DNA of 64,000 nucleotides, from positions 992,001 to 1,056,000 of the forward strand of contig OY760175.1 of the NCBI GenBank assembly GCA_963663165.1, read 5' to 3'. Shown here piece after piece: positions 28,993 to 40,974 of this stretch (position 1 is the first letter of the stretch; every line of letters starts with the position of its first letter). A model generated the notes under the pieces. It was not told the origin of the DNA and made no database searches. It saw only the letters and a program-made list of their open reading frames with translations. Source of the DNA: an uncultured Desulfospira sp. (GTDB taxonomy: Bacteria; Desulfobacterota; Desulfobacteria; Desulfobacterales; Desulfobacteraceae). A program made the translations under genes and the position numbers.

Positions 28993-29700
28993 CTACCCTG
29001 TCGGGTTCCGTTTGACAACAATCTGATTCACCGTCATATCGGTCCCTGATTTTTCCAGGGCTTTGTTGACCATTATGGGAAGGGCTGAACAGCAAGGCAC
29101 GTCCATGATGGCAACGGTAATGCTTTTAAGAGAACACGTCTTAAAAATCCCGGCGAGTTTGTTTACAGTCTCGTCTTTGGGATCGAATTTGGGGCAGCCG
29201 ATCATGACCGCCCTGCCCTTAAGAAGATCCCGGTGAAAATCAGGGCAGGCCACAGGGACACAGTCAGCGGCAATGAGCAAATCCGCATCGTTTAAAAATA
29301 ACGCCCCCTCAGGGATCAGCCGGATTTGAACCGGCCAGTGGCCAAGTTCGGATTTTCCGGGCCCTTGTACTGTTTTCTCCTTCCCAGGGGCATGGTTAGA
29401 AAATATCTGAACACCGGCTGAAGGGCATCCCATGACTGATTTTTTAAACAAGGCTTTCTGGGAAAGCATCTGCTCTACTGCTTTTTCATCAAAATCTTCG
29501 GCCTGTCTTTCCACGATATAAAGTGCCCCATTGGGACAATCCCCGATACAAGCCCCGAGTCCGTCACAATACCGGTCCCCGATAACCTTTGCCTTGCCGT
29601 CAACAATCTGAATAGCCCCTTCGGCACAGGCCGGCACACAGTTGCCGCACCCGTCACACTTTTCCTGGTCGATTTCGATAATTTTTCTGATGATCTTCAT
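28993..29700 (-). CDS. 2x[4Fe-4S] ferredoxin-domain protein (FrdX-like)
   Basis: CDGCGNCVPAC...CDGLGACIGDCP, GCPS, WPVQI, AADC, GCPKFD, VPCC; SD AGGAGG. Confidence 0.88.
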   Translation of the reverse strand: MKIIRKIIEIDQEKCDGCGNCVPACAEGAIQIVDGKAKVIGDRYCDGLGACIGDCPNGALYIVERQAEDFDEKAVEQMLSQKALFKKSVMGCPSAGVQIFSNHAPGKEKTVQGPGKSELGHWPVQIRLIPEGALFLNDADLLIAADCVPVACPDFHRDLLKGRAVMIGCPKFDPKDETVNKLAGIFKTCSLKSITVAIMDVPCCSALPIMVNKALEKSGTDMTVNQIVVKRNPTG

Positions 29701-29796
29701 AGGAGACCTCCTTTGAATTATTCCATGAGCCGTGTTTATCGGGTAGTGCGTTTCCTGCCATTTTTAAACCCGTTGCCATGGTTTATCTTAGCATCA

Positions 29797-29838
29797 AAGA
29801 TACACCATAAATTTTCCGGGGACCTTGACATGGATCAA
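29797..29838 (-). promoter_or_regulatory. CRP/FNR-family (HcpR-like) class II promoter
   Basis: Palindrome TTGAC-ATGG-ATCAA at 29825-29838. A -10 TATCTT at 29802-29797 places the box centre at -41.5. Confidence 0.7.
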
Positions 29839-29901
29839 GATATTTTATTTCTTAAAGCATGAGGCAAATTTTATCCTGCGCTTTAACGGCGTAAGCTTTT
29901 T

Positions 29902-29986
29902 TATATGAAAGTCTTACTAACAATCTGAAAAGACTTTAATTTTTTTGTTGTGGCCCGATGCTTGGGTTGGATAACCCAATCGGGCC
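29902..29986 (+). repeat. Two-hairpin leader motif, copy A
   Basis: TGAAAGTCT-TACTAACAATCTGAAA-AGACTTT...TTGTTGTGGCCCGA...TTGGGTT GGAT AACCCAA TCGGGCC. Confidence 0.82.
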
Positions 29987-30010
29987 ATGCCCGTTAGATA
30001 GAGGAAAAAA

Positions 30011-30916
30011 ATGAACGAGAATGCATTGGTTCAGAAAATCCTTGATACCATCAAACATTACTATAAAACCAAAGAAAGGCTATCCAGAGAAGCCCTTTTC
30101 TTTTTGGAATCTGGCTTTGGTATCTGCGGTCCATCTGAAATTAAAAAGGTTCTCAAAGATCAAGACTCTGATGAACGGGAAATGTTTCTTGAATATTTTC
30201 TATTCCCGGGCCAGAGGCTTCGGCTGGCTATAGAGCCGGCTTTAGGCGTTAAAGGGGTTTCCTCTCAAACGGAGGCCATGATCAGCCAAACGCTGCTCCA
30301 AAACCGTTGGACCCTTACCTTATTTCATCCCCAAAGTACAGATCTGATTCAGGTACATGTTCCTTCCGGGCTGGTAACCACTTTTATAGCAAGACTCTTC
30401 TTAACCCGGTCATTGGATTCTGGTATCTGCGAAGCACTGGATAAAAACCTGCCAAATGCCGACTGTCTTTTAACAAGAGTGCTGATTCGGACCCATAACT
30501 ATAAATTTGAAAATGAAAAAAAAGAACTTTTGGTGAAGTTCACCCAAAATTGGAATAACAGGTCCATAAACTTTTCTGAACTAGTGGCACTGTTTTTAAA
30601 AATTCTGGACCAGGCCCCGGAGAACAAGAATATCAGCCTTTATTTTATCGAAATATGGGAAAAAGAAAAGGCAGGGCTGAAACAAATTCTGGAGTTTCAT
30701 AAAAAGCTGGAACGGTACACCATGGAATACCTGATGCTGTCCAAATACCCTATTCCCTCAGAATCTTATGAAGTGGTTCTCAAAAGGCTTGAGAACCTGA
30801 ATACCATTGTCTGGGATATTCTTGAAATTCCATTTAAAACAGAACCCGAGGTGGTGGACTTAGGAAAAATCCATCCGGGCAAAGACATGGATAAATTATT
30901 TAGAATTTTCTCGTAA
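30011..30916 (+). CDS. Hypothetical protein, 301 aa
   Basis: Long AT-rich ORF with SD AGAGG, ending at a bidirectional terminator; no family recognised. Confidence 0.75.
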   Translation: MNENALVQKILDTIKHYYKTKERLSREALFFLESGFGICGPSEIKKVLKDQDSDEREMFLEYFLFPGQRLRLAIEPALGVKGVSSQTEAMISQTLLQNRWTLTLFHPQSTDLIQVHVPSGLVTTFIARLFLTRSLDSGICEALDKNLPNADCLLTRVLIRTHNYKFENEKKELLVKFTQNWNNRSINFSELVALFLKILDQAPENKNISLYFIEIWEKEKAGLKQILEFHKKLERYTMEYLMLSKYPIPSESYEVVLKRLENLNTIVWDILEIPFKTEPEVVDLGKIHPGKDMDKLFRIFS

Positions 30917-30918
30917 AC

Positions 30919-30958
30919 AAAAAAAGCCCTGACCATGCGAACCATAGTCAGGGCTTTT
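30919..30958. terminator. Bidirectional intrinsic terminator (rrn operon and convergent gene)
   Basis: AAAAAAA-GCCCTGAC...GTCAGGGC-TTTT. Confidence 0.8.
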
Positions 30959-30967
30959 AGAAAAATA

Positions 30968-31085
30968 ACCCGGCAGCGTTCTACTCTCCCACACAGTCTC
31001 CCATGCAGTACCATCGACGCTAAGGCGCTTAACTACCGTGTTCGAGATGGGTACGGGTGTGGCCGCCTCGCCATTGCCACCGGGT
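30968..31085 (-). rRNA. rrf: 5S rRNA
   Basis: Minus strand CCCATCTCGAACACGGTAGTTAAG...GATGGTACTGC...GGGAGAGTAG; terminal helix AACCCGG/CCGGGTT. Confidence 0.95.
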
Positions 31086-31333
31086 TAAACCGGCCAGGAC
31101 CTGGAACTTCTGATTAATGTACTGTTACCGCGTTCCCGGAATCCTGTAAATTTGTTGTAGTAAATTTTTGCCATCAAAGAATTTAAGTTTATCTGTGGAA
31201 AAAAGTGGCTAAGCCTCACGACCTATTAGTACCGGTAAGCTCAACATGTTACCATGCTTACACACCCGGCCTATCAACCTTGTCGTCTTCAAGGGGTCTT
31301 CAGTCCGAAGATGGGATATCTTATCTTGAAGTT

Positions 31334-31366
<33 letters not shown>

Positions 31367-31555
31367 GTACCCAACTTGGCTACCCAGCAATGCCCCTGGC
31401 GGAACAACTGGAACACCATTGGTTGGTCCAATCCGGTCCTCTCGTACTAGGATCAGATCTCCTCAAATATCCTGCGCCCACGAAAGATAGGGACCAAACT
31501 GTCTCACGACGTTTTAAACCCAGCTCACGTACCACTTTAATTGGCGAACAGCCAA

Positions 31556-31613
<58 letters not shown>

Positions 31614-31644
31614 GCCCCGTCGATGTGAACTCTTGGGGGCGATA

Positions 31645-31683
<39 letters not shown>

Positions 31684-32122
31684 CGGCCCTTCCATTCAGA
31701 ACCGCCGGATCACTAAGACCTACTTTCGTACCTGCTCGAAATGTCTCTCTCGCAGTCAAGCTCCCTTATGCCTTTGCACTCTATGGCTGGTTTCCAATCA
31801 GCCTGAGGGAACCTTCGCGCGCCTCCGTTACTCTTTGGGAGGCGACCGCCCCAGTCAAACTACCCACCAGACACTGTCCCAAGTCCGGGTTACGGACCAT
31901 GGTTAGAACACTGAAATATGAAGGGTGGTATTTCAAGGGTGACTCCACCTGTACTGGCGTACCGGTTTCCTAGTCTCCCACCTATCCTGCACATCATATC
32001 CCAAAATCCAATGTCAAGCTGTAGTAAAGGTGCCGGGGTCTTTCCGTCTTTTCGCGGGTAGACGGTATCTTCACCGCCATTCCAATTTCGCTGAGTCCCT
32101 GGTTGAGACAGTGTGGAAGTCG

Positions 32123-32204
<82 letters not shown>

Positions 32205-32917
32205 TGGGGCTTCGGTTCAGTGCTTCGCTTACGCTAACAAATCCCCTTAACCTTCCAGCACCGGGCAGGCGTCAGACCCTATACCTCGTCTTGCGACTTT
32301 GCAGAGTCCTATGTTTTTAGTAAACAGTCGCTACCACCAATTCTCTGCGGCCCCCAACAGCTTATTGTGTATACAAATCACCATCAGGGGCATACCTTCT
32401 CCCGAAGTTACGGTATCATTTTGCCGAGTTCCTTAACCAGGGTTCTCTCAAGCGCCTCGGGATACTCTCCCTGCCTACCTGTGTCGGTTTGCGGTACGAT
32501 CACCTGTTATCTCGATAGAGGCTTTTCTTGGCAGCATGGGTGCAGTCAGTTTATGGGGTAAACCCCTCCTCATCACTTCTCGGCCTTAGAGTTCCGGATT
32601 TGCCTAAAACTCCAGCCTACTAGCTTGAACCGCCTATTCCAGCAGACGGATGACCTGCCCTCCTGCGTCCCCCCGTCTCTCAAACGATAACAAGGTGGTA
32701 CAGAAATATTAATCTGTTTTCCATCGACTACGCCTTTCGGCCTCGCCTTAGGGATCGACTAACCCTGAGAAGATTAGCTTTACTCAGGAAACCTTGGGCT
32801 TACGGCGAGCGGGCCTCTCACCCGCTTTATCGCTACTCATGTCAGCATGGTCACTTGTGCAACCTCCACACAACCTCACGGTTGCGATTCTTCGGCGGCA
32901 CAACGCTCTTCTACCAC

Positions 32918-33345
32918 CAAGAAACTAGATACTGGAAACAAGAAACAAGACCTTAACTGTATCGGTTGATTAAGCCTCGCAGCATTCTTCCGATCTCCTG
33001 ATATCTTTGATCAAAAAAAGTTTGGTCTTGTTTGCTCAAATACTCAAGGTCTCTTGAAAACTCCAGCCATACCCGGCTTTCGTCACATGATCCCATGGCT
33101 ATTTGAACGAATCTTCTTACATCAGCTTTACTGGATTGCTTGCCCATCCCTTCTGCAATATTTGCCGGGATAGATTTGCTTGACTTCCTTAGTTGTTGAG
33201 CCAGTTCATACTGCTCATGCTGGGGAAATCTTAGACTTACTTTGTGCACTTCCAACGCTAACTGATAAGACTTTTTAAAAACTTCAAGTCTATGGTAAGG
33301 CATCATCGCCCTCCTTGTTTCTTGTCTCTAGTATCTAGTTTCTTG
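32918..33345 (-). other. 23S rRNA intervening sequence in helix 45 (ORF-containing)
   Basis: Sits between CCGAAGCTGCGGAT and GTGGTAGAAGAGCGTT; bounded by a 32-bp inverted repeat with 7-nt periodicity. Confidence 0.93.
32953..33306 (-). CDS. Four-helix-bundle protein (23S rRNA IVS protein, TIGR02436-type, Avd-like); start probably the second ATG at 33303
   Basis: YHRLEVFKKS..L, FPQHEQYELAQQLRKSSKSIPANIAEG, FVQIAMGSCDE; SD AAGGAGG. Confidence 0.92.
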   Translation of the reverse strand: MMPYHRLEVFKKSYQLALEVHKVSLRFPQHEQYELAQQLRKSSKSIPANIAEGMGKQSSKADVRRFVQIAMGSCDESRVWLEFSRDLEYLSKQDQTFFDQRYQEIGRMLRGLINRYS

Positions 33346-33429
33346 ATCCGCAGCTTCGGTACTATGCTTTAGCCCCGATACATTTTCGGCGCAGATCCAC
33401 TCGACCAGTGAGCTGTTACGCTTTCTTTA

Positions 33430-33460
<31 letters not shown>

Positions 33461-33504
33461 TTGTCTGGGCATTCCCACATCCTTCTCCACTTAGCATAGA
33501 TTTG

Positions 33505-33537
<33 letters not shown>

Positions 33538-33957
33538 CTCGTCCGCGGAACTTAGCTCCCGCGGGCTGACTCCTGCACTCTAACTTATCGGTATTCGGAG
33601 TTTGGTTAGGTTTGGTAATCTGGTGAGACCCCTAGCCCATCCAGTGCTCTACCTCCGACAAGAAACGTGCAAGGCTATACCTAAATATATTTCGAAGAGA
33701 ACCAGCTATCTCCAGGTTTGTTTGGCCTTTCACCCCTATCCACACCTCATCCGAACAGTTTTTAACCTGTGACGGTTCGGGCCTCCACGAGATTTTACTC
33801 CCGCTTCACCCTGGACATGGATAGATCACCTGGTTTCGGGTCTACTCAATACAACTTTCGCCCTGTTCAGACTCGCTTTCGCTTCGGCTACACCTATCGG
33901 CTTAACCTTGCTATATTAAGTAACTCGCTGACTCATTATGCAAAAGGCACGCGGTAA

Positions 33958-34094
33958 CCAAGAGACTAGAAACAAGAAACTGGAAACAAGATTTCGAACA
34001 CTCAGTAACTTCCGGTGCCTGTTCAGCCCATTTAAATTGGGCGCCGAAGGCGCTTCGCCCTCTTGTATCTTGTTTCTTGACTCTAATCTCTTGG
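33958..34094 (-). other. 23S rRNA intervening sequence in helix 25 (no ORF)
   Basis: Lies between CAAGCTGTGGGAG and TTACCGCGTGCCTTTTG; 34-nt heptad arms (28 WC + 2 G-U) around a 69-nt structured loop. Confidence 0.9.
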
Positions 34095-34125
34095 CTCCCA
34101 CAGCTTGTAAGCAAACGGTTTCAGG

Positions 34126-34177
<52 letters not shown>

Positions 34178-34745
34178 GGTTCGCTATCGGTTGCCAAGTC
34201 GTATTTAGCCTTATGTGATGGTCCACACTAATTCCCACAGAATTCCTCGTGTTCCGCAGTACTTGGGAGTACAATCAGGAGATCGATTATTTTCGCTTAC
34301 AGGACTGTCACCTTCTTTGGTTAAGCTTTCCAGCTCATTCAACTAATAATCAATTTTATCACTCCTGGAATCATCCGAAACTGATTCGCATGCATCCCGC
34401 GACCCCGATAACGCAACGCTTTCGGGCTTACACGTTACCGGTTTGGGCTGGTCCCCGTTCGCTCGCCGCTACTTGGAGAATCGTTTTTACTTTCTTTTCC
34501 TGGGGGTACTAAGATGTTTCAGTTCTCCCCGTTACCCTCCTTAACCTATTTATTCAGTCAAGGATGACACAGTATTGACCGTGCCGGGTTGCCCCATTCA
34601 GAAATCTCCGGATCAATGGGTGTTTAGCCCCTCCCCGAAGCTTATCGCAGCTTTCCACGTCTTTCTTCTTCACTTGGCACCAAGGCATCCGCCGTTTGCT
34701 CTTAGTAGCTTAGCCACTATTCCACAAATAAACTTAAACGCTTTG

Positions 34746-34869
34746 ATGTTTTCGAAAAAATTGCGATCTTCGGCGTTGCTTCACAAAATTCTTAAAACGA
34801 CATAGCCTACTATGCCTTATTTAAAAATTTTGTTCGCGCCTTGAAGCTCATCAATTTTTTCTTCAACAT
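34746..34869 (-). repeat. Long palindromic element, diverged copy 3, in the tRNA-Ala/23S spacer
   Basis: Minus strand CAAGGCGC..AAAATTT..GCATA-GTAGGC-TATGT..AATTTT..GCAACGCCGAAGAT, colinear with 20182-20308. Confidence 0.65.
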
Positions 34870-35042
34870 AGCTCGCAAAAGTCTGATCATCATCAAACTC
34901 TCACGATTTATGATTAATTCAGTTGCCTTTACGGCAACTGCGCAATTGATATTTACTACAACAAATTGTCAAAGAACATTGAGAATCAATTTTGCGCACC
35001 TTACCTTTGATTTTGCGTTCAAAGGTACAAGTTGCTTGGGAC

Positions 35043-35118
35043 TGGTGGAGAATAACGGGATCGAACCGTTGACCTCCTGCGTGCAAGGCAGGCGCTCTCC
35101 CAGCTGAGCTAATTCCCC
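35043..35118 (-). tRNA. tRNA-Ala(TGC)
   Basis: GGGGAATTAGCTCAGCTGGGAGAGCG...CCTTGCACG...GTTCGATCC...CTCCACCA. Confidence 0.97.
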
Positions 35119-35122
35119 ACAA

Positions 35123-35199
<77 letters not shown>

Positions 35200-35274
35200 A
35201 GGATCGCTTTAAGTGCGTTTGATCTCTCAAAGTTGGCCAGTGAAAGCCCTGAAGCTTTTTTTATCTTTCCTTTG

Positions 35275-36834
<1,560 letters not shown>

Positions 36835-36970
36835 TAATCCTTTTTCCTAAAAACTCTTGGTCTTGACTTGCTAATTAAAACAAATCAACTTGACCCGCTT
36901 CAAAACTTCACTGACCAATTTTCAAAGATCAAATTTTCTTACAAGTTGTTTGTGTCCGAAAAACCCGCAT

Positions 36971-36999
36971 AATATACACGGACAAAAAGGCCTTGTCAA
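36971..36999 (-). promoter_or_regulatory. Sigma70 rrn promoter
   Basis: TTGACA-17 nt-TATATT followed by a GC-containing discriminator; boxA-like TGATCTTTGAAAA near 36920-36931. Confidence 0.8.
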
Positions 37000-37011
37000 A
37001 CCCTTTTTTAC

Positions 37012-38298
37012 TTATTCTAAAATAATTTTATGATGCTTTTTCTTTCCCGCCCGAATAAGGATTTCAGCGCCGTCCAGACTCTCTTTTCCTACCATCTGAT
37101 CAAGGCTTTCAACCCGGTTCCCGTTAATGTAAGCGCCCCCCTGCTGGATTAAGCGCCGGGCATCAGATTTTGAACGGCACAGTCCGGTTTCGGTAAACAG
37201 ATCAATCACCGGCAACCGGTCGATAACCTGATCAGCACTCATAAGGGAGGAAGGAACAGATTCTGCATCAGACGCGCTCTGGGTTCCCCTTGGGATTGAA
37301 CTGCCGGCAAGAAGACCCTCAGGGATATCCACACTTCCGAACATGGCTACAGCGGCTTTCAAGGCCTTCTCAGCCTCTTCTTTGCCATGGGCAATCAGGG
37401 TGGCTTCATAGGCAAGAATAATCTTGGCGTTATTCAGCCCGGCCCCTTCAAGGAATTCAACCTCATTTATTTGGGAAAGGTCTAGAAAGGTAAACAGCTT
37501 TAAAAAACGAACCACATCAGCATCATCGCAATTCACCCAGAACTGGTAATAATCATAAGGAGAGAACCGTTCCGGATCCAGCCAGACCGCCCCTTTATGG
37601 GTTTTTCCCATTTTGATGCCGGATGCCGTAGTAATCAGGGGAAAGGTGATACCAAAGGCCTGGCGCCCTGTGGTCCTTCGAATCAGGTCGATTCCGGCCA
37701 CAATGTTGCCCCACTGGTCGCTTCCGCCCATCTGAATGAGGCAGTCATGCTCTTTTGACAGCACCATAAAATCATAGGCCTGTAGGAGCATATAATTAAA
37801 TTCAATGAAGGTCAGACCGTCTTCAGAGTCCATCCTTGATTTGTAGCTTTCCGCCTTGATCATCCGGTTAACACTGAAATGGCGCCCGATATCCCTCAAA
37901 AAGGGGATATATTCCAGCTTGGTCAGCCATTTGGCATTGTCTAAAAGAAGGGCCTTGCCGTTAGAAAAATCAATAAACCGTTCCAATTGTTTTCGGATGC
38001 CGGCTTTATTTTCATCAATGGTTTCCTGGGTCAGGACTTTTCTCAACTCGGTCTTTCCCGACGGATCTCCGATCAGGCCGGTTCCCCCGCCCACAAGCCC
38101 CACAGGCCGGTGGCCGTTTCGTTGCATATGGGCCAAAGCCATGATACAGACCAGGCTGCCCACATGCAGACTGGAAGCAGTTGGGTCAAATCCAATGTAA
38201 CAGGTGGCTTTGTTGTTGGCCAGATACTCTTCAAGTTCCTGGGTATGGGTAACCGCATCAACGAATCCGCGCTCTTTTAGAACAGTTAAAACACTCAT
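37012..38298 (-). CDS. tyrS: Tyrosyl-tRNA synthetase
   Basis: YIGFDPTASSLHVGS, QMGGSDQWGNI, KMGKT and a C-terminal S4 domain. Confidence 0.97.
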   Translation of the reverse strand: MSVLTVLKERGFVDAVTHTQELEEYLANNKATCYIGFDPTASSLHVGSLVCIMALAHMQRNGHRPVGLVGGGTGLIGDPSGKTELRKVLTQETIDENKAGIRKQLERFIDFSNGKALLLDNAKWLTKLEYIPFLRDIGRHFSVNRMIKAESYKSRMDSEDGLTFIEFNYMLLQAYDFMVLSKEHDCLIQMGGSDQWGNIVAGIDLIRRTTGRQAFGITFPLITTASGIKMGKTHKGAVWLDPERFSPYDYYQFWVNCDDADVVRFLKLFTFLDLSQINEVEFLEGAGLNNAKIILAYEATLIAHGKEEAEKALKAAVAMFGSVDIPEGLLAGSSIPRGTQSASDAESVPSSLMSADQVIDRLPVIDLFTETGLCRSKSDARRLIQQGGAYINGNRVESLDQMVGKESLDGAEILIRAGKKKHHKIILE

Positions 38299-38343
38299 GA
38301 TGATATTCCGTTAGGTTCTCCTGCAATGAAATAGCAGGATGCA

Positions 38344-39909
38344 TTATTTCTTTGTATATTCAACAGCCCTGGTTTCCCGAATGACCACCACCTTGACCTG
38401 GCCCGGGAAGGTCAGGTTCTCTTCAATCTGCCTTGCTATATCCCGTGACAGCAGCACGGCCTGATCATCACTGATCTTCTCGCTTTCCGTGATCACACGG
38501 ATTTCACGGCCGGCCTGGATGGCATAGGTATTGGTAACCCCGTCAAATGAGTTGGCAATGCCTTCAAGGTCCTCAAGCCGTTTGATATAATTTTCAAGGC
38601 TTTCTTTTCTGGCCCCTGGCCGGGCACCGGACAGGGCATCGGCCGCCTGGACAATAAAATCATACACTGTTTCAGGCATCTGGTCTTCATGGTGGGATGC
38701 AATGGCCTTGACCACATCGTCAGACTCTCCGTATTTTTTGGCCAGTTTGGCCCCGATAATGGCATGAGCGCCGTCCACCTCATGGTCCACCGCCTTGCCG
38801 ATATCATGGAGAAGTCCCATACGCTTGGCAAGTTTCACATCAAGCCCTAGTTCAGCGGCAATCACCCCTGCAAGGAAAGCGACCTCCACAGAGTGCTGAA
38901 GAACATTCTGGGCATAAGATGTCCTGAATTTTAATTTGCCGACCACTTTGATCAATTCCGGATCTATCCCGTGAACGCCCAAGTCAAAGGCAGCCTGTTC
39001 CCCTGCCTCCTTAATGGCCTGGTCAACTTCTTCGGCCGCCCTTTCCACCACATCTTCAATTCTTGCCGGATGAATTCTGCCGTCTGAAATCAATTTTTCA
39101 AGGGACAGGCGGGCCACCTCTCTTCTCACAGGGTTGAACCCGGAAAGAATGACTGCCTCTGGCGTATCATCGATGATCAAATCAATTCCGGTGGCCGCTT
39201 CCAAGGCTCTGATATTCCTTCCTTCCCGCCCGATAATCCGTCCTTTCATCTCATCTCCGGGAAGGTGAACAACGGACACGGTCTTCTCGGCCACATACTC
39301 CCCGGCATACCGCTGGACCGTCGTAGATATGATTTTTTTGGCTTCCTTATCCGCCTTTTCCCTTGCTTCAGATGTGATCTTTTTGATCAGCTTGGCGCCT
39401 TCGTGCCGGGCCTCCTCTTCCATTGCCGACAACAGAAGGGCCTTGGCTTCCTCAAGGGTCAGGCCGGATACCTTTTCAAGCTCTTTTTTGGTTTCTTCAA
39501 GAAGGTGCCGGTACTCTTCCTCTTTTTTACCCGCTGACTCAAACCGCCGGTTGACTTCCTTTTCCTTTTGCTGGATTTCTACATCCCGTTTGGTGAGCTG
39601 ATCTTCAATTTTATCGAGTTTCTCACCTTTTTTGGCAAGCCTTCTGGATTCGGTTTTCAGTTCTGCTTTGGCTTCTTCAGTTTCGGCATCAAAGTTGCCT
39701 TTCATCTCAAGGAGTCTGGATTTGGCTTCAAGCTTTGCCTCTTTGAGCAGGGTTTCAGCCTTTTGTCTGGCCTCTTCAATAATCCGGTTCTGCTCTTCCT
39801 CAATATTTAAATTTTCCTGGGTTATTTTTTTCTTCAAAATTATAAAGCCGGTGATGCCGACTACCACCATCACTGCAATAACCAAAGAAAGAATAATCAC
39901 ATACTCCAT
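38344..39909 (-). CDS. rny: Ribonuclease Y
   Basis: N-terminal TM, coiled coil, KH domain [14 protein letters not shown], and HD domain LLHDIGK. Confidence 0.97.
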   Translation of the reverse strand: MEYVIILSLVIAVMVVVGITGFIILKKKITQENLNIEEEQNRIIEEARQKAETLLKEAKLEAKSRLLEMKGNFDAETEEAKAELKTESRRLAKKGEKLDKIEDQLTKRDVEIQQKEKEVNRRFESAGKKEEEYRHLLEETKKELEKVSGLTLEEAKALLLSAMEEEARHEGAKLIKKITSEAREKADKEAKKIISTTVQRYAGEYVAEKTVSVVHLPGDEMKGRIIGREGRNIRALEAATGIDLIIDDTPEAVILSGFNPVRREVARLSLEKLISDGRIHPARIEDVVERAAEEVDQAIKEAGEQAAFDLGVHGIDPELIKVVGKLKFRTSYAQNVLQHSVEVAFLAGVIAAELGLDVKLAKRMGLLHDIGKAVDHEVDGAHAIIGAKLAKKYGESDDVVKAIASHHEDQMPETVYDFIVQAADALSGARPGARKESLENYIKRLEDLEGIANSFDGVTNTYAIQAGREIRVITESEKISDDQAVLLSRDIARQIEENLTFPGQVKVVVIRETRAVEYTKK

Positions 39910-39980
39910 TCAAAATCTCCTACGCGGGTTATGGTCAAACCACCGGCCTAAGGCCGCTGGAAGTTTTTTTATAAACGGCT

Positions 39981-40064
39981 ACGGGCCGCCTTGGTTATCC
40001 AACCAAGACCTGCCCGCAACAAATAATGAAAGTCTTCTCGAGTTGTTAGTGAAACTTTCATATA
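39981..40064 (-). repeat. Two-hairpin leader motif, copy B (upstream of rny)
   Basis: TGAAAGTTT-CACTAACAACTCGAGA-AGACTTTCA...GCGGGC..CTTGGTT GGAT AACCAAG..GCCCGT. Confidence 0.82.
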
Positions 40065-40123
40065 AAAACTTATGGAAAACGAAACTGATGAACTGGTGGG
40101 AATTAAAAAATTTGGAAGGACGG

Positions 40124-40312
40124 TTACCCCCACAAACTGCCGTGTTGCTTTTATAGGCTTTGAACCGATTGTTCAAAAGGTGGGCGTTCAGTTATGCCTT
40201 TAGGCTTTTCCTTAAACTTGAGGAACCTAGCTCACCAGCATAAGGGTGAACTCCCGTTATACCATGCGTTAGGCCAAAGACTCTCTGGCAATCACGCACA
40301 CTGCAGGGGTAA
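40124..40312 (-). ncRNA. ssrS: 6S RNA
   Basis: About 188 nt rod closed by TTACCCC/GGGGTAA, with CCCTGCAGTGTGCGT, CGCCCACC and GGTTCAA motifs; canonical position downstream of zapA. Confidence 0.85.
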
Positions 40313-40317
40313 TTTAA

Positions 40318-40623
40318 TTATTGATTTGGTGTATCAAGTCCTTTTTCAATTTTATATATCAAAGTTGAAATTTTATGGTCTACCATCTTTTGTAGCTCAT
40401 CATGCTGCATTTGGAGTTCCTGATGATCTTTAGCCAGGTTCATGGCAGCCAGAAGCAAAATAATCAGTTTATTTCTGGGGCCGGAATCATTTCTAAGCAG
40501 ATCCTGAGATTTTTTTATGTATGCCTCTAAATGCTTTGCTATCTGACCCGGATGTTTAACTTCTCCGTCGGGTCTGAACCGGTACTCCTCACCAAAGAGG
40601 TCGATGGTAATAATTTCATCCAA
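40318..40623 (-). CDS. zapA: Cell division protein ZapA
   Basis: ITIDLFGEEY, LLAAMNLA and a C-terminal coiled coil; zapB-zapA-ssrS-rny synteny. Confidence 0.8.
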   Translation of the reverse strand: MDEIITIDLFGEEYRFRPDGEVKHPGQIAKHLEAYIKKSQDLLRNDSGPRNKLIILLLAAMNLAKDHQELQMQHDELQKMVDHKISTLIYKIEKGLDTPNQ

Positions 40624-40644
40624 TGAAAATCCTTTTCACCAGGT

Positions 40645-40914
40645 TTAAGGTTCCAGGTGTAATAACTGATCCGGCGGCTGATCTTTAGCAAAATTCTCCA
40701 GCTTGGCCAAAAGTTGGTCAATGTTTGATTGAATTAACGTATTGGTTTTAGAAAGCGTCTGCTGAGCAACCACCTTTTTTTCAAGTTCTGTTTCCATTTG
40801 TTTTATTTGGGACAGCATTTGCAGTTTCTCTTTTTGAAGCGATCGACACAATTCAATCAGTTCATCTACTTTTATATCAATGTCATTAAACCTGTTAATG
40901 AGTTCGTTATCCAA
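40645..40914 (-). CDS. zapB: ZapB-like coiled-coil protein
   Basis: All-helical heptad pattern, directly upstream of zapA. Confidence 0.6.
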   Translation of the reverse strand: MDNELINRFNDIDIKVDELIELCRSLQKEKLQMLSQIKQMETELEKKVVAQQTLSKTNTLIQSNIDQLLAKLENFAKDQPPDQLLHLEP

Positions 40915-40974
40915 ATTTATAATCTCACAATGTGTTTGATTGGTATCAACTATAGTTCAAAATCCTTAAAAAAG

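Noticed and set aside
32953..33306. Diversity-generating retroelement, suggested by the Avd-like fold
   Set aside because: No reverse transcriptase and no adenine-mismatched TR/VR pair was seen in the window.
40026..40049. 7-codon mini-ORF MKV(F/L)S..* on the strand opposite the two-hairpin motif
   Set aside because: The ATG is absent in copy A, there is no SD, and the palindrome explains it. G-U pairs favour the other strand.
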